The notes under the pieces are model-generated. The model saw only the letters and a program-made list of their open reading frames with translations. It searched no databases and was not told the DNA's origin. A stretch of 34,098 bases of DNA. Origin: a virus. Each line of letters starts with the position of its first letter. Within the stretch, counting starts at the first letter, position 1. Below, one piece after another: positions 14,148 through 23,736 of the stretch. A program made the translations under genes and the position numbers. Location: the IMG/VR virus record IMGVR_UViG_3300009965_000029. The stretch is one strand, 5' to 3'.

Positions 14148-15200
14148 CTACTTCCATTTACCGATAACATATATCTGTAAGTTTTTAACTTCAGCCGTGC
14201 TTGCACCTTGACTTCCTGCAGAGGTTATCTGTATGCCTGTAAATTGGTTGCCAGACTTAATATGAGTAGTCTGTGCTCCCAACGAATATCCTGTGCCAAT
14301 CTGCACCGAAGCGACAACAACAGGTGTTTTCACAGGTCGGATTTTTAACGGATAATTGAACTCTTTTCTACTAAAAATCATATTATTCCAAACGCCATCA
14401 GTCCATCCTCCTGAGTCAACCTCTTTTGACACAATCATTTCGATAGTGCCTTTAGCCCATTTCGTATACTGCCATCCATCAATCTCGCCTTGCTCGATGA
14501 TGTAGTCCTTTACGACATCAAGCCTGCCTTTGAGCTCATCAATCTTTTCAGGCAAGTGCTCTACTTGTCCGTAAATGTCTCCTAGCATAGCTTCGGTACT
14601 TGACTGTACCGACTGTATCGCAGTATTTAGTGTCGAAAATTTACCCTCTAACTGATTGAGTTTATATGTTGCGTTAGGGTCTGTAATACAGTGCCACTCG
14701 TAGTCGTGATAGTTATTAGAAGCCGTTAGCGACGGCTTATTTAGTCCTAGTCCTATCCAATCGTGTGTCTCTCCGTTGTAGGTGTGTGAAAAGTCTGTGC
14801 CGTCATTATCGCTTGCATAAGCGACCCAAGTATACACAGATGTTCCCCCACTTCCACCTTGACCCTTAAACAGAGCCCATTTATATCTAGTAGGTGTTGT
14901 AGGTGCTATATCATCTACCGATGTACAAAATCCTATATAGCTTGAATCTGCTTGAGGTGTGAGTGTCATTCCTGTTCCATCGCTAGAACTAGAATATGCG
15001 ATATATAGTTTTGGTTGCTTTGCGTTTTTTAGTTCCGTAACGGCTACCTGAACACTCCTAACACTATTTGATAGCTGATTGACAGTTCCCTCTGCAGAGG
15101 ACACCCTTGTTTTGGTCTGCTCAGCACTATCCTTAGTTTCAAACTTCTGCTTAATAGCGTTCCATAGCTTTGTTACTCCGTTTTTGTCTAAATACTGCAT
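14148..15200 (-). CDS. Tail fibre / receptor-binding protein
   Basis: The N-terminus (MQYLDKNGVTKLWNAIKQKF) is typical of Firmicutes phage fibres. Two copies of the Y.aY(A/S)s.DGT.f....yiG...Y.W motif are present. It is the last virion gene before the lysis genes. Confidence 0.6.
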   Translation of the reverse strand: MQYLDKNGVTKLWNAIKQKFETKDSAEQTKTRVSSAEGTVNQLSNSVRSVQVAVTELKNAKQPKLYIAYSSSSDGTGMTLTPQADSSYIGFCTSVDDIAPTTPTRYKWALFKGQGGSGGTSVYTWVAYASDNDGTDFSHTYNGETHDWIGLGLNKPSLTASNNYHDYEWHCITDPNATYKLNQLEGKFSTLNTAIQSVQSSTEAMLGDIYGQVEHLPEKIDELKGRLDVVKDYIIEQGEIDGWQYTKWAKGTIEMIVSKEVDSGGWTDGVWNNMIFSRKEFNYPLKIRPVKTPVVVASVQIGTGYSLGAQTTHIKSGNQFTGIQITSAGSQGASTAEVKNLQIYVIGKWK

Positions 15201-15209
15201 ATATCCCCC

Positions 15210-15632
15210 TTAATCTAATAGAGTGGTTAAAACTGAATCAGGAATTGGCGATAAACTGTCTACCTTGTCCATTAGCTTTACTACGACTGTTCCTAGTGTG
15301 CTATCTTTACTTGCTGACGCACTTTGAGACTTTCCATCAAAGATACTTTCAACAACCTCTATCATCAAAGGTTCGGACTTCATTTCATCGGTGTACACTC
15401 CGATTTTGATTCTGCCTTTCTTTAGCATATCTGACGGAATCAAGCACTTGTCGTCATTGATAGCGACATCACGGAAAAACTTATCTTTCTTAAATCTCGC
15501 GATTTTGGACTTGCCGTTCCATTCATCGTCAAAAGAAAAAACGGCGATATAATCGCCGTTATGCCCTATAAACTTGCCACCACCATTTAAGGTGAGTGTT
15601 CTATCTTTTACATTAAAATTAAACTCTTTCAT
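15210..15632 (-). CDS. Virion-module hypothetical protein
   Basis: 140-aa ORF with RBS AGGGGGA, lying between the giant protein and the fibre. Confidence 0.6.
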   Translation of the reverse strand: MKEFNFNVKDRTLTLNGGGKFIGHNGDYIAVFSFDDEWNGKSKIARFKKDKFFRDVAINDDKCLIPSDMLKKGRIKIGVYTDEMKSEPLMIEVVESIFDGKSQSASASKDSTLGTVVVKLMDKVDSLSPIPDSVLTTLLD

Positions 15633-15640
15633 ATATCCCC

Positions 15641-18600
15641 CTATCTATAAGGATTGTACTTTGTACTGCGTGCCGATAGCATATCGAAGAGAACCTTTTT
15701 CTGCTCCCTTGTGTACTGACTGTTGTTTAGATACGATATAAGTTCAGCTTTTTTAAGGCTTCCGTTTCCGTCATAGTCGGCACTGCCCTTAACTGCTTCT
15801 AGGTCACTTGTTGTAAGTCCTACTCTAGTAGCATATACTGCCTTGCCGTATGTGTTCTTATCTACTGTCATTACACCGTTAATGTCTCTAAAACTAACCC
15901 CTGACTGAACAGCCGACATCGTTTTCGCCATCTTAGACTTGTGGTCTTTTTGTGCATTGTAAGCAAGAACAAAGCTTTCCTTTGACTGAGTGCTAGGATT
16001 GTACTTTAGCTGTACTGTCTTAGATAGCTTTGAAAACTCTATATCGCCTTTGCTATATCCTCTGCCAAGCAAAAACTCATCTTTTGCGCTTCGCTCAGCC
16101 TTGCGATATACATCGCTTATAGCCTTTACTTTGTCATCATCAGACATTCTCCTATACTCGCTACTGTTAAACAGATTCTGTAAGCCGTTTTGAACCTCTG
16201 CACCTTTGGTCTTTCGATATGCTGTTCGCTCCTCTACGGACATACGCATATCATCATCGCCAAATTTGATATTAAGGTTTACTGACTTATCAGGAATTAT
16301 CTTTCTTCCACTTGAGCCATCAACAGAACGCAATAGTGATTCTAATTCATCTGTCGTTGAATCGTTTCTGCGTGCCTTTAAGCTTCCAGGTAATAGCATA
16401 TTCTGTGCGACTGATAAAGCATAATCTGAAACGCTTTCCTTTCTGTCTGTCTTGCCAAATGTGTCAACCTTAGGTTGTAATACCATTTCGTTAAGTCCTG
16501 GTATCTTGCTAGCCATACGGAATAGGAAGTTCTGTATCTCTCTTTCCGTTGCACTCTTTGCCGTTGGTGTGACATCAAGGTCCTCGGAAGCCGTTATCCT
16601 TGCAATCTGTCCAAACAGTGTAGGTATATACTGCGACAAATAACTCTCGCTAGAATTACCTATGATTCTGTATATAGGGTTAATCTCTTGATTTCCCCTA
16701 GATGATTCAAAGGCTTGTCCTACACCTTGTAGCATAGACATTGAGAACACAGGGTCTGACATCTGAGTGAATGCGTCTAGCACTCGTCCAAATGTTCCGT
16801 CGCCCTCTTTGCCGTTTGCTAGTTCCACTCCAATAAAGAACGGAATACAAGCTGGTGCTGCCCAATCCATAGTGAAGTTAAAATCTCTGCCACCTATGTT
16901 TACTGAGTATGACTGCTCGCCCATCATCTTTCGGAATTTCCCCTCGGACGATGAATCAATCTTGCCTGTTGCTAAACCCTCGGTTCCCATATAGTAGCCT
17001 AGTGCCATAATCCCTGTACCTGTCATTCCTGATGTTAGGTTGTTCAGTCCTTTTATAAACTGAGCAGGGTTCTCATACTTTACCATCTGCTTAACCCCTC
17101 GCATTAGTCCAACAGGCGAAAACTTTGTCGCTTGCATTAGTACATTGCTAGGTGTCTTTACAAATGGGAATACTGCGTCAACAAACATACTGCTTGCTTT
17201 GTTCAGAACTCTGCCACCACCCCAATTATTAGGTATATCGGCAAGTGGGACATTCGCATACCTTTTCATCTTCATAATGAAATCTGAAAGATTGTTCGCA
17301 TTTCGGAATGTTGATTCCAAGCTTTCGTTCATCGCAAACTCTTTAGCTTTCTTTAATACATCCTCAGGAACATTGCTTGCCTTATATCCTTTAGCCTTTA
17401 GGAACCCTGCAAAGCTATTGTTGTACGCAGGCTTGCTGAACCATAAGTCCTCTACATTTAGTGCGTGGGTATTCCACTTAGAAAGCGTATTGATGACTTT
17501 AAATCTCGACTGAATCGCATCAGGGTGTCTATGAACCTCTTTATATTTATTCATTCCCTCAATGATGTATCGGTCCTCTTCATAAGCCTTGCTTGCTAGT
17601 GCCCTTAATGCTCCATCTTCGCCTGTTCTTCCCACATGGAAAGCCTTTGTCCTATCTGCTTGCTTAACTAGATTGCTCTGCAAAGTAGCTTCCACCTTAT
17701 CTCTTACCATTCTTAGAGGTGTAAAGATACAGTTACCGATAAGGTTTCGTACATGCGTTCTAGGACTGCTTAGCATTGAAAGGTATCTCCAAGCGCTGAG
17801 CTCATCGGTTAATGTAGGTGGAATCTGATTCCACATTGTTTTACCTATCTCGTTCTTAACCTCGGCGATTTCCTTTGCTCCACTTGCTTTTCTCAATCTA
17901 TTAAACAGTTCATCAGGAACACTAACTGTGATTCCCTTTTTGCTTAGAGTGTTTGCAAATTGTTTATTAAGCCTATCGACATTTCGCTTTACGGCAACAA
18001 CTCTGCCCTCAGGTGATATTTGATTAAACCATCTCATCGTTTGTAGTCCTCTAGCATATTCGCTCGCTAGTGAGACAACCTCGCCTGAGACGATTGAAGC
18101 TTCTTCGTGTCTGCCTAGTTCCTCTAGCTTATTGAAGAGTGCCACTCCACGAACCATCGTATCGCTGTTCGTTTGCCCTGTTTCCACGGACATTTTAAAG
18201 TGATTGAGTGTTCCATCAATATCATCACCAATCTCGGCTGTAGCTTGTTTTAGAGCGTCTTGATTGCGTGTTGTATCGGACATAAAGTCCATCGTGCTTG
18301 CGTGCCTATTATCAATAGCTGTTTGAGTTCCCTCGCTTGCGTTAGAACGCACTGTCATTAGCCCTTTTGATTCCTTAGTTCCAAAAGTACCAAGATGTTG
18401 TTCTGTCCTTGTCGCTACTCCAATAGGCTCAAGATTCCTTATCGGTGCGTCAACTGATTCAGAAATGTTTTTCAGCTTTGGTGTTTCAACATTTTTCAGA
18501 ATAGGTGCGTCAACACTCTTTAGCTTTGGTGCTTCAACATTCTTTAAAATAGGTGCGTCAACGCTCTTTAGTTTCGGTGCTTCAATAGTGTTTAACGGAA

Positions 18601-19483
18601 TATCTACTCGCTTTGGAATATCCGTGTGGACCATATCGACTGTTTCTATTGCCTTAGGTAGTTTTGCTCGTTCTAGCTTGATTGCGTCTGCTAGTGCTTC
18701 AGGGTTTGTTACTGTTGCAGGCTTATTCCTTACTGCCTTTGTTATAACTCTATCTGCTCCACCAACATTAACTGTCTTAGGGTCAATCATCGCTGTAGGT
18801 AAATGTGGTGTAGTCTTTGGTGTCCTTAGTCCTCTTAGAAATGCAGGTGCAAGGTCAGAAGCTGAGCCAAGCCCTACATCTAGTGCCGTATTCAGTCCTA
18901 CTTGCTTCCAGTAGTCTTTACTGCCGAACTTGTGTCCATCGCTTAAAATTGAGCCTTGTGAGTTATAAAAGCCTAAAGGTGTATCAACGGCTATTTCTTT
19001 CGCTAACTGCTTTGTAACACCCTCTGCCGTCTTTGTAGCAAGGCTATTTACTGCCTTATCGGTTGCCACCATTCCTAGCTTCCCTAGACTTTTTCTCGCT
19101 CCATTTTGGATGAATTTATTTGTCGCTAGCTTTCTAGTAAGTGCTTGTCCTGCTCCACTTTTTGTAAGCGCGTTAGTAATTGCTCCTGTTGCTCCTGCTC
19201 CCTTTAAAAGAGCCCCACCAAGCAAAAAGGAAATTCCTTGACCTGCCATATCACCTAGCTTAAATGACCAAGTGTCCCTAGTCGAATCCTTTATGGAATC
19301 TACCTTATATGGAACAGGGGCTATTCCGTGAACACCACCCTCCATAGTTCCAAGCATAAAACGACCACCTGCCGTATCATTCATCTTGACTTGCTTCTTA
19401 TATGCTTCATCTAGTTTCGCGTTGCTTTCTTCCCTAGCTTTTCTTTGGTCTGCTACACTTATTACATTTAGCCTTTTAGCCAT
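15641..19483 (-). CDS. Giant (1280 aa) virion protein, probably an internal/ejection or tail-associated protein
   Basis: Gly/Ala-rich hydrophobic N-terminal segments, a 16-aa tandem repeat (APKLKSVDAPILKNVE) and a C-terminal EF-hand-like loop. Position is within the structural operon. Confidence 0.55.
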   Translation of the reverse strand: MAKRLNVISVADQRKAREESNAKLDEAYKKQVKMNDTAGGRFMLGTMEGGVHGIAPVPYKVDSIKDSTRDTWSFKLGDMAGQGISFLLGGALLKGAGATGAITNALTKSGAGQALTRKLATNKFIQNGARKSLGKLGMVATDKAVNSLATKTAEGVTKQLAKEIAVDTPLGFYNSQGSILSDGHKFGSKDYWKQVGLNTALDVGLGSASDLAPAFLRGLRTPKTTPHLPTAMIDPKTVNVGGADRVITKAVRNKPATVTNPEALADAIKLERAKLPKAIETVDMVHTDIPKRVDIPLNTIEAPKLKSVDAPILKNVEAPKLKSVDAPILKNVETPKLKNISESVDAPIRNLEPIGVATRTEQHLGTFGTKESKGLMTVRSNASEGTQTAIDNRHASTMDFMSDTTRNQDALKQATAEIGDDIDGTLNHFKMSVETGQTNSDTMVRGVALFNKLEELGRHEEASIVSGEVVSLASEYARGLQTMRWFNQISPEGRVVAVKRNVDRLNKQFANTLSKKGITVSVPDELFNRLRKASGAKEIAEVKNEIGKTMWNQIPPTLTDELSAWRYLSMLSSPRTHVRNLIGNCIFTPLRMVRDKVEATLQSNLVKQADRTKAFHVGRTGEDGALRALASKAYEEDRYIIEGMNKYKEVHRHPDAIQSRFKVINTLSKWNTHALNVEDLWFSKPAYNNSFAGFLKAKGYKASNVPEDVLKKAKEFAMNESLESTFRNANNLSDFIMKMKRYANVPLADIPNNWGGGRVLNKASSMFVDAVFPFVKTPSNVLMQATKFSPVGLMRGVKQMVKYENPAQFIKGLNNLTSGMTGTGIMALGYYMGTEGLATGKIDSSSEGKFRKMMGEQSYSVNIGGRDFNFTMDWAAPACIPFFIGVELANGKEGDGTFGRVLDAFTQMSDPVFSMSMLQGVGQAFESSRGNQEINPIYRIIGNSSESYLSQYIPTLFGQIARITASEDLDVTPTAKSATEREIQNFLFRMASKIPGLNEMVLQPKVDTFGKTDRKESVSDYALSVAQNMLLPGSLKARRNDSTTDELESLLRSVDGSSGRKIIPDKSVNLNIKFGDDDMRMSVEERTAYRKTKGAEVQNGLQNLFNSSEYRRMSDDDKVKAISDVYRKAERSAKDEFLLGRGYSKGDIEFSKLSKTVQLKYNPSTQSKESFVLAYNAQKDHKSKMAKTMSAVQSGVSFRDINGVMTVDKNTYGKAVYATRVGLTTSDLEAVKGSADYDGNGSLKKAELISYLNNSQYTREQKKVLFDMLSARSTKYNPYR
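18441..18596. repeat. Imperfect 48-bp tandem repeat, about 3.2 copies, within the giant virion gene
   Basis: AGCTTTG recurs at 18474 and 18522, with a variant AGTTTCG at 18570. The repeat encodes APKLKSVDAPILKNVE units. Confidence 0.85.
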
Positions 19484-19488
19484 TTTGA

Positions 19489-20313
19489 CTACCTCTTACC
19501 CTTTTTCTTCTTAGGTGACGGTTTAGATGGAGCGAACGACTGAAAACCTCGGTTTACATAGTTCATTGAGATTGCTCCACTAGGATATGTTGGGACTATC
19601 TTTTTCGTTTGCGTGGGTGACTCCTTTCTTGCTTCAGGATGTCCTCTTGCGATTAGGAACGAATCAGGAGCCTTTTTCTGCTTAAACAGTCCTGCCACTG
19701 CGTTCGCTGCGTTTACCATTCTAGGTGTAGGGTCTTCAACATACATAGGTGATTCATCTGCATAGTCGGAATAGTCGCTTGCACTTCCTCCACCATAACT
19801 GCGTCCACCACCATAGCTACGACCGTAACCACCATATCCGTAACTTCTAGCAGCAGCTGCCTGTTGTGCTTCTATTTCTGCTTGCTTTGCTTCATCCCAC
19901 GCTGCGATTTTTGCGTCGTAATCTGCTATTGCATCGCTCTGTTGTTTTAGGTACTGATTAGCTAGCGACTTTAAGCTATTCATGTACGCGTTGTTAAGGT
20001 CTGTTAATGCTCCCTCTCTCGCTGAATTACCTTTGGCTAGTGCGTCTGCATAAGCCGTCTGCAAATTCACCTTTGCCGTTTCGCTTGCTCCACCTGTGAT
20101 TCCTTGTGCCGACAAGTGCTCAGGTAGTTCAAGACTATTCTTTTGATAATTAACATAAGCGTCTCTAGCTGACGCTTCATAGTTCTTGTTAGCCTTATCA
20201 ACTTCCTGATTGTGCTTCTGCTCTAGCAACGCAGTGTCTGCGTCTTTTGCTTTCTGTATGCTCTGCAAATATGCTTCCTTTAGTGTTGCATATGGGTTTC
20301 CTGCTAGTGCCAT
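19489..20313 (-). CDS. Virion-module protein with coiled-coil N-half, YGG/RSYGGG low-complexity tract and lysine-rich tail
   Basis: 274-aa ORF with RBS GGAGG. Residues 156-183 read RSYGYGGYGRSYGGGRSYGGGSASDYSD, and the C-terminus is KPSPKKKKGKR. Confidence 0.6.
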   Translation of the reverse strand: MALAGNPYATLKEAYLQSIQKAKDADTALLEQKHNQEVDKANKNYEASARDAYVNYQKNSLELPEHLSAQGITGGASETAKVNLQTAYADALAKGNSAREGALTDLNNAYMNSLKSLANQYLKQQSDAIADYDAKIAAWDEAKQAEIEAQQAAAARSYGYGGYGRSYGGGRSYGGGSASDYSDYADESPMYVEDPTPRMVNAANAVAGLFKQKKAPDSFLIARGHPEARKESPTQTKKIVPTYPSGAISMNYVNRGFQSFAPSKPSPKKKKGKR

Positions 20314-20322
20314 AAATACCTC

Positions 20323-22434
20323 CTACTTTGAAAAATTACCTACTGAGTAGGTCTTAGCTAGGCTGATGATACTGAAAGGTCTTGCGTCTTCGCTCTCTAA
20401 CCTTATCTGTAAGTGCCTATATTTCTTTTCTTTCTTCTTGATATGAATATCGGTTTGCTCTGAACTTGTTGTCATTATTAACTGTTTCCCCTTGCCGTCT
20501 ACGATAAAGTAAATGCCTACTTCGGAATCAGCAACATCTAGCAACAAAACATTCCCTCGCTTCTGCAGGGTCTTATATACTGTTTCGTTGCCGTCATAGT
20601 CAACAGGTGTAGTCCAATGAGCCTTGACTGGTTCACCATCATACAAAACTCCATAACCTTGCTTTGCTCCATCTCTGTATGCTCCGTCATTTTCATAGTC
20701 AGTAGAAAAACAACAAATGTTTTCTCCACTGCCGAATAAAAGCATATCATTGCTTACGCAAAATACATTTACAGGGATGTTGTCAAACACATAGGTTTCA
20801 TACGCAAAGTTTGTTCTGTTCTTATCGTCTCTAGTCGTCTGCCTACCATCGAATACATAGCACTTACCACTAGGCAATGCTAGGATGTAATAAGAGTTCC
20901 ACGCAACGGCAATCGCCCTATCTAAGTTTTTCTCCTTGCATAGCACCTTATTGACAAATACACTGCGATTTCTAATCGCTAGCTGAGTACTCATATAGTG
21001 GTTTGAGATACCATATAAGCCTGTTGATGATAGGAACATAGGGTCATCTATCAAGGTTGCAAAGGTGTTCGGTGCGACTGCTCCTGTTGTTACCGAAGAC
21101 GAACGCAAGATAAAGGTTTCTTTGCCGTCTTGCAATTTTGCTCCACTGATGAAATATACCGATGATTCATTCTGCGTATTTCCTGTAACAACGACAAGGT
21201 TATCCTCGTATCGGTGCAAATTAACGATTGAATCTGCATTAGCAACATTGATGAAGCTATTATCAGGAATATAGGTTGCGTCGCTAACTGCTGAAAAGTA
21301 AACCTTATTCTTTCCTGATACTCCGAACAGTCTATCGTTGTTAGCATAGCCATAATTACGGATTTTCCCATCACGGCATAGCAAAGCGTAGCTCTCATTA
21401 TAAAACCCTTTGTAATAGCCGTTTTTATCGCTTATCCACTGTCCGTCATCATCCACTCTGCCCTTTTCATCGCTGAAAGATACATAAGTAACACGGATAT
21501 TGTCTTGTCCTGTTACAGGTGGTTTATAAGCCTTAATCTTGATTATCGGTGATTCAAGGAAAGTGTCGCCTAGCATTCCGTTGGCTAGATAGCCTTGTGT
21601 CTTTGTTGCGTTCTTAGTAGTGGTATACTCGGCTTTCTTCCACGCACCGTCCGTATCAAGATATTCAACATTTATAATCAAGTACCTTTTGAACAGTCCG
21701 TCTGATTCCTCGTTTTCCTTTTTAGGTAGTAATCTCAGTTCCGTTGTCTTATCATCGCCCAAATAAGTTACTCGCCTATAAGGTGCTAAAAGATTCACTC
21801 CTGCCCCTATATTCTTACCACCTGTACCATCAAGGTTTTTAGATATGGCAACATCAGGAACAGTCTTTGAGTTCATCTTGATTCTAGCTTCGTGATTAGG
21901 GTAACCTGCACCGATGATAAAGTCTTCGATGATTTTATCTACCTCGCAAAAGAAATACCCTTGTGGATATAACCCATCAAACAGTCCACTAAGAGTAGAC
22001 AATCCATACTTACTAGGTGTTAAAGTGCTTGCATCTATGTGTCCAAAACCACAAGCATAACATTTACCATCAAACGCAAATAGCTTGATTGAGTTAAAGT
22101 CACAAGTCGAACCACCATAAAGAGTTTTTACATTCTCTAGGATGTTGAAGCCATTGTGTTTCCACTTCTCCACATAGACATTCTTATTTGTCGCAACATA
22201 GAGCAAGCCGTCTACCTCTATCATATCAAGGATTCTCTCGCCCTCGTATGACTTCATATATCGCCATCCCTTACGCTTTCTAGGGTTTCCCCCATCATCG
22301 CTTATCATATTGAGCATATCAGGGGAATGTCTACGATTAACCTCTTTCGGAGAATGAGAAAGGTCTATACCTCTTAGCCCTGAATATTTAGCCGTAGAAA
22401 GTCTAGGCTTACTTGATACTGTTAGCTTTCCCAT
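20323..22434 (-). CDS. Large tail/structural protein (703 aa)
   Basis: The ATG at 22434 is preceded by GGAGA, whereas the track start at 22452 is a GTG overlapping the upstream gene. It follows the adaptor-like gene. No motif was recognised. Confidence 0.5.
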   Translation of the reverse strand: MGKLTVSSKPRLSTAKYSGLRGIDLSHSPKEVNRRHSPDMLNMISDDGGNPRKRKGWRYMKSYEGERILDMIEVDGLLYVATNKNVYVEKWKHNGFNILENVKTLYGGSTCDFNSIKLFAFDGKCYACGFGHIDASTLTPSKYGLSTLSGLFDGLYPQGYFFCEVDKIIEDFIIGAGYPNHEARIKMNSKTVPDVAISKNLDGTGGKNIGAGVNLLAPYRRVTYLGDDKTTELRLLPKKENEESDGLFKRYLIINVEYLDTDGAWKKAEYTTTKNATKTQGYLANGMLGDTFLESPIIKIKAYKPPVTGQDNIRVTYVSFSDEKGRVDDDGQWISDKNGYYKGFYNESYALLCRDGKIRNYGYANNDRLFGVSGKNKVYFSAVSDATYIPDNSFINVANADSIVNLHRYEDNLVVVTGNTQNESSVYFISGAKLQDGKETFILRSSSVTTGAVAPNTFATLIDDPMFLSSTGLYGISNHYMSTQLAIRNRSVFVNKVLCKEKNLDRAIAVAWNSYYILALPSGKCYVFDGRQTTRDDKNRTNFAYETYVFDNIPVNVFCVSNDMLLFGSGENICCFSTDYENDGAYRDGAKQGYGVLYDGEPVKAHWTTPVDYDGNETVYKTLQKRGNVLLLDVADSEVGIYFIVDGKGKQLIMTTSSEQTDIHIKKKEKKYRHLQIRLESEDARPFSIISLAKTYSVGNFSK

Positions 22435-22435
22435 C

Positions 22436-22840
22436 TTAAATCTCCAAACCACCTACGAATTTACATTTTCTAGGCTTGATTATCGCTGACAATAACTGCG
22501 TCTTGAGGTCGTCTGCATTGTTCCAATACATAGTCGCTTTTCGCTCATCGTCATCTAGCCATATAAAATACGCTGACATCAACGGAACAATTCCACATAC
22601 CATTTCAGGTAAGTCGATTTCTTCCATTTCGTTCGTATCTGATGTTATAAGGCTAGGCTCATACACATCGGCTTCGACAACATCCTCAAAATAGTTCTTA
22701 TACGGCTCAACGACTGTGCGATACACCCAATCAATGCTTCGATTAATTGCGTTTATCACTATCTCAGAATAGAGTTCCATCGTTGAATCTTCCTCGAAGC
22801 CTAGTGTCTTTATATTGCTTTTTAATTCTTTTATAGTCAT
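22436..22840 (-). CDS. Head-tail connector / adaptor candidate
   Basis: 134-aa acidic protein directly downstream of the capsid gene. The call rests on position only. Confidence 0.45.
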   Translation of the reverse strand: MTIKELKSNIKTLGFEEDSTMELYSEIVINAINRSIDWVYRTVVEPYKNYFEDVVEADVYEPSLITSDTNEMEEIDLPEMVCGIVPLMSAYFIWLDDDERKATMYWNNADDLKTQLLSAIIKPRKCKFVGGLEI

Positions 22841-22861
22841 ATATCACCTCAAACAAAATAA

Positions 22862-22881
22862 AGAGGGGCAATCGCCCCTCT
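22862..22881 (-). terminator. Hairpin/attenuator after the major capsid gene
   Basis: AGAGGGGC-aatc-GCCCCTCT, followed on the minus strand by TTATTTTGTTT. The next gene starts 22 nt further on. Confidence 0.6.
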
Positions 22882-22888
22882 AGTCTTA

Positions 22889-23722
22889 CTACTGCTTGCA
22901 GTTTAGGACAATAAGTTCCTTAGGTCTTGCGATTATTCCACCATATAGGACGAATCCCTTTACAGCGTCTGCGAACGAATTGTCAGGTCTGTATGGCTCA
23001 ACATGAGTTAGAGGGTTAGCAAATGCGATAGCCTTGTCTGTTCTAAGCATAATGAACGAATCGGCGCCTACTGTGTGAACATTGTTGCTCATCTTCACGA
23101 TAACATTTCCGTATCTACCTACCTTGCCGTTCTCAATCATTGTTGAGTTGCTCTTGTCAAGGTCTACATAAGCCTGCTTCATCAGCATATAGAACCATGG
23201 TGGAACAGTAAGGGTGATTTTGCTATTAGGTGAAACATTCTGCTCATATAGCTTCTTTAGACCCCTGTCAACATAATCAAGGATGTTAGCCTTTGTTACC
23301 TGTGTTGATGCAGTGTCAAGCTTTGTTGCGTCTGAACCTCCAGCAAGCTTTGCGATATACTGATCCATCTTATCAGCTACACCATAAGCACTCTCAGACA
23401 TAAGAGCGTCCATTGGACCATTTGCAACAGACTGAGCCTTGTCGATATCGCCTACCTTGAAATTGTAGTAAGCAATCTTGTCAATCTTCATTGGAATTGA
23501 TGTGTCTGCTACATTCTCAGCCCCTGTAAGAGCGATATCTGTTGCCGTTGTTGTGTCTGTGATAGTAGGCTTGCCTACTCCCAAAATTCTTACTGTGTCA
23601 CCTGCCTGCTTAACTTCGCCCTCGTACTGTCTGTTACAGTCCTCTGCGAATACAAGTGCCTTTTCTAGTTCTCTGTTGTACTGCTCTGACCAAATTGTAG
23701 GTACAAAATTTCTATAAGCCAT
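22889..23722 (-). CDS. Major capsid protein (HK97 fold, P22-coat-like family)
   Basis: The N-terminus (FVPTIWSEQYNRELEKALVFAEDCNRQYEGEVKQAGDTVRI) follows the pattern seen in P22-coat-type capsid proteins. It is preceded by a scaffold-like gene and followed by a hairpin. Confidence 0.7.
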   Translation of the reverse strand: MAYRNFVPTIWSEQYNRELEKALVFAEDCNRQYEGEVKQAGDTVRILGVGKPTITDTTTATDIALTGAENVADTSIPMKIDKIAYYNFKVGDIDKAQSVANGPMDALMSESAYGVADKMDQYIAKLAGGSDATKLDTASTQVTKANILDYVDRGLKKLYEQNVSPNSKITLTVPPWFYMLMKQAYVDLDKSNSTMIENGKVGRYGNVIVKMSNNVHTVGADSFIMLRTDKAIAFANPLTHVEPYRPDNSFADAVKGFVLYGGIIARPKELIVLNCKQ

Positions 23723-23736
23723 TTTTTACTCCTTTT

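Noticed and set aside
18465-18914. Plus-strand ORFs antisense to the long minus-strand genes (e.g. 360-548, 2066-2437, 13867-14211, 15990-16193, 17145-17513, 18465-18914, 23819-24154, 27008-27301)
   Set aside because: They are shadow ORFs. They have low-complexity Ser/Leu/Phe-rich translations and no RBS, and each is fully contained in a well-supported gene on the opposite strand.
20538-21398. Nested same-strand ORFs 20538-20750 and 21090-21398
   Set aside because: They are out-of-frame ORFs wholly inside the 703-aa structural gene. They have no RBS and an implausible composition.
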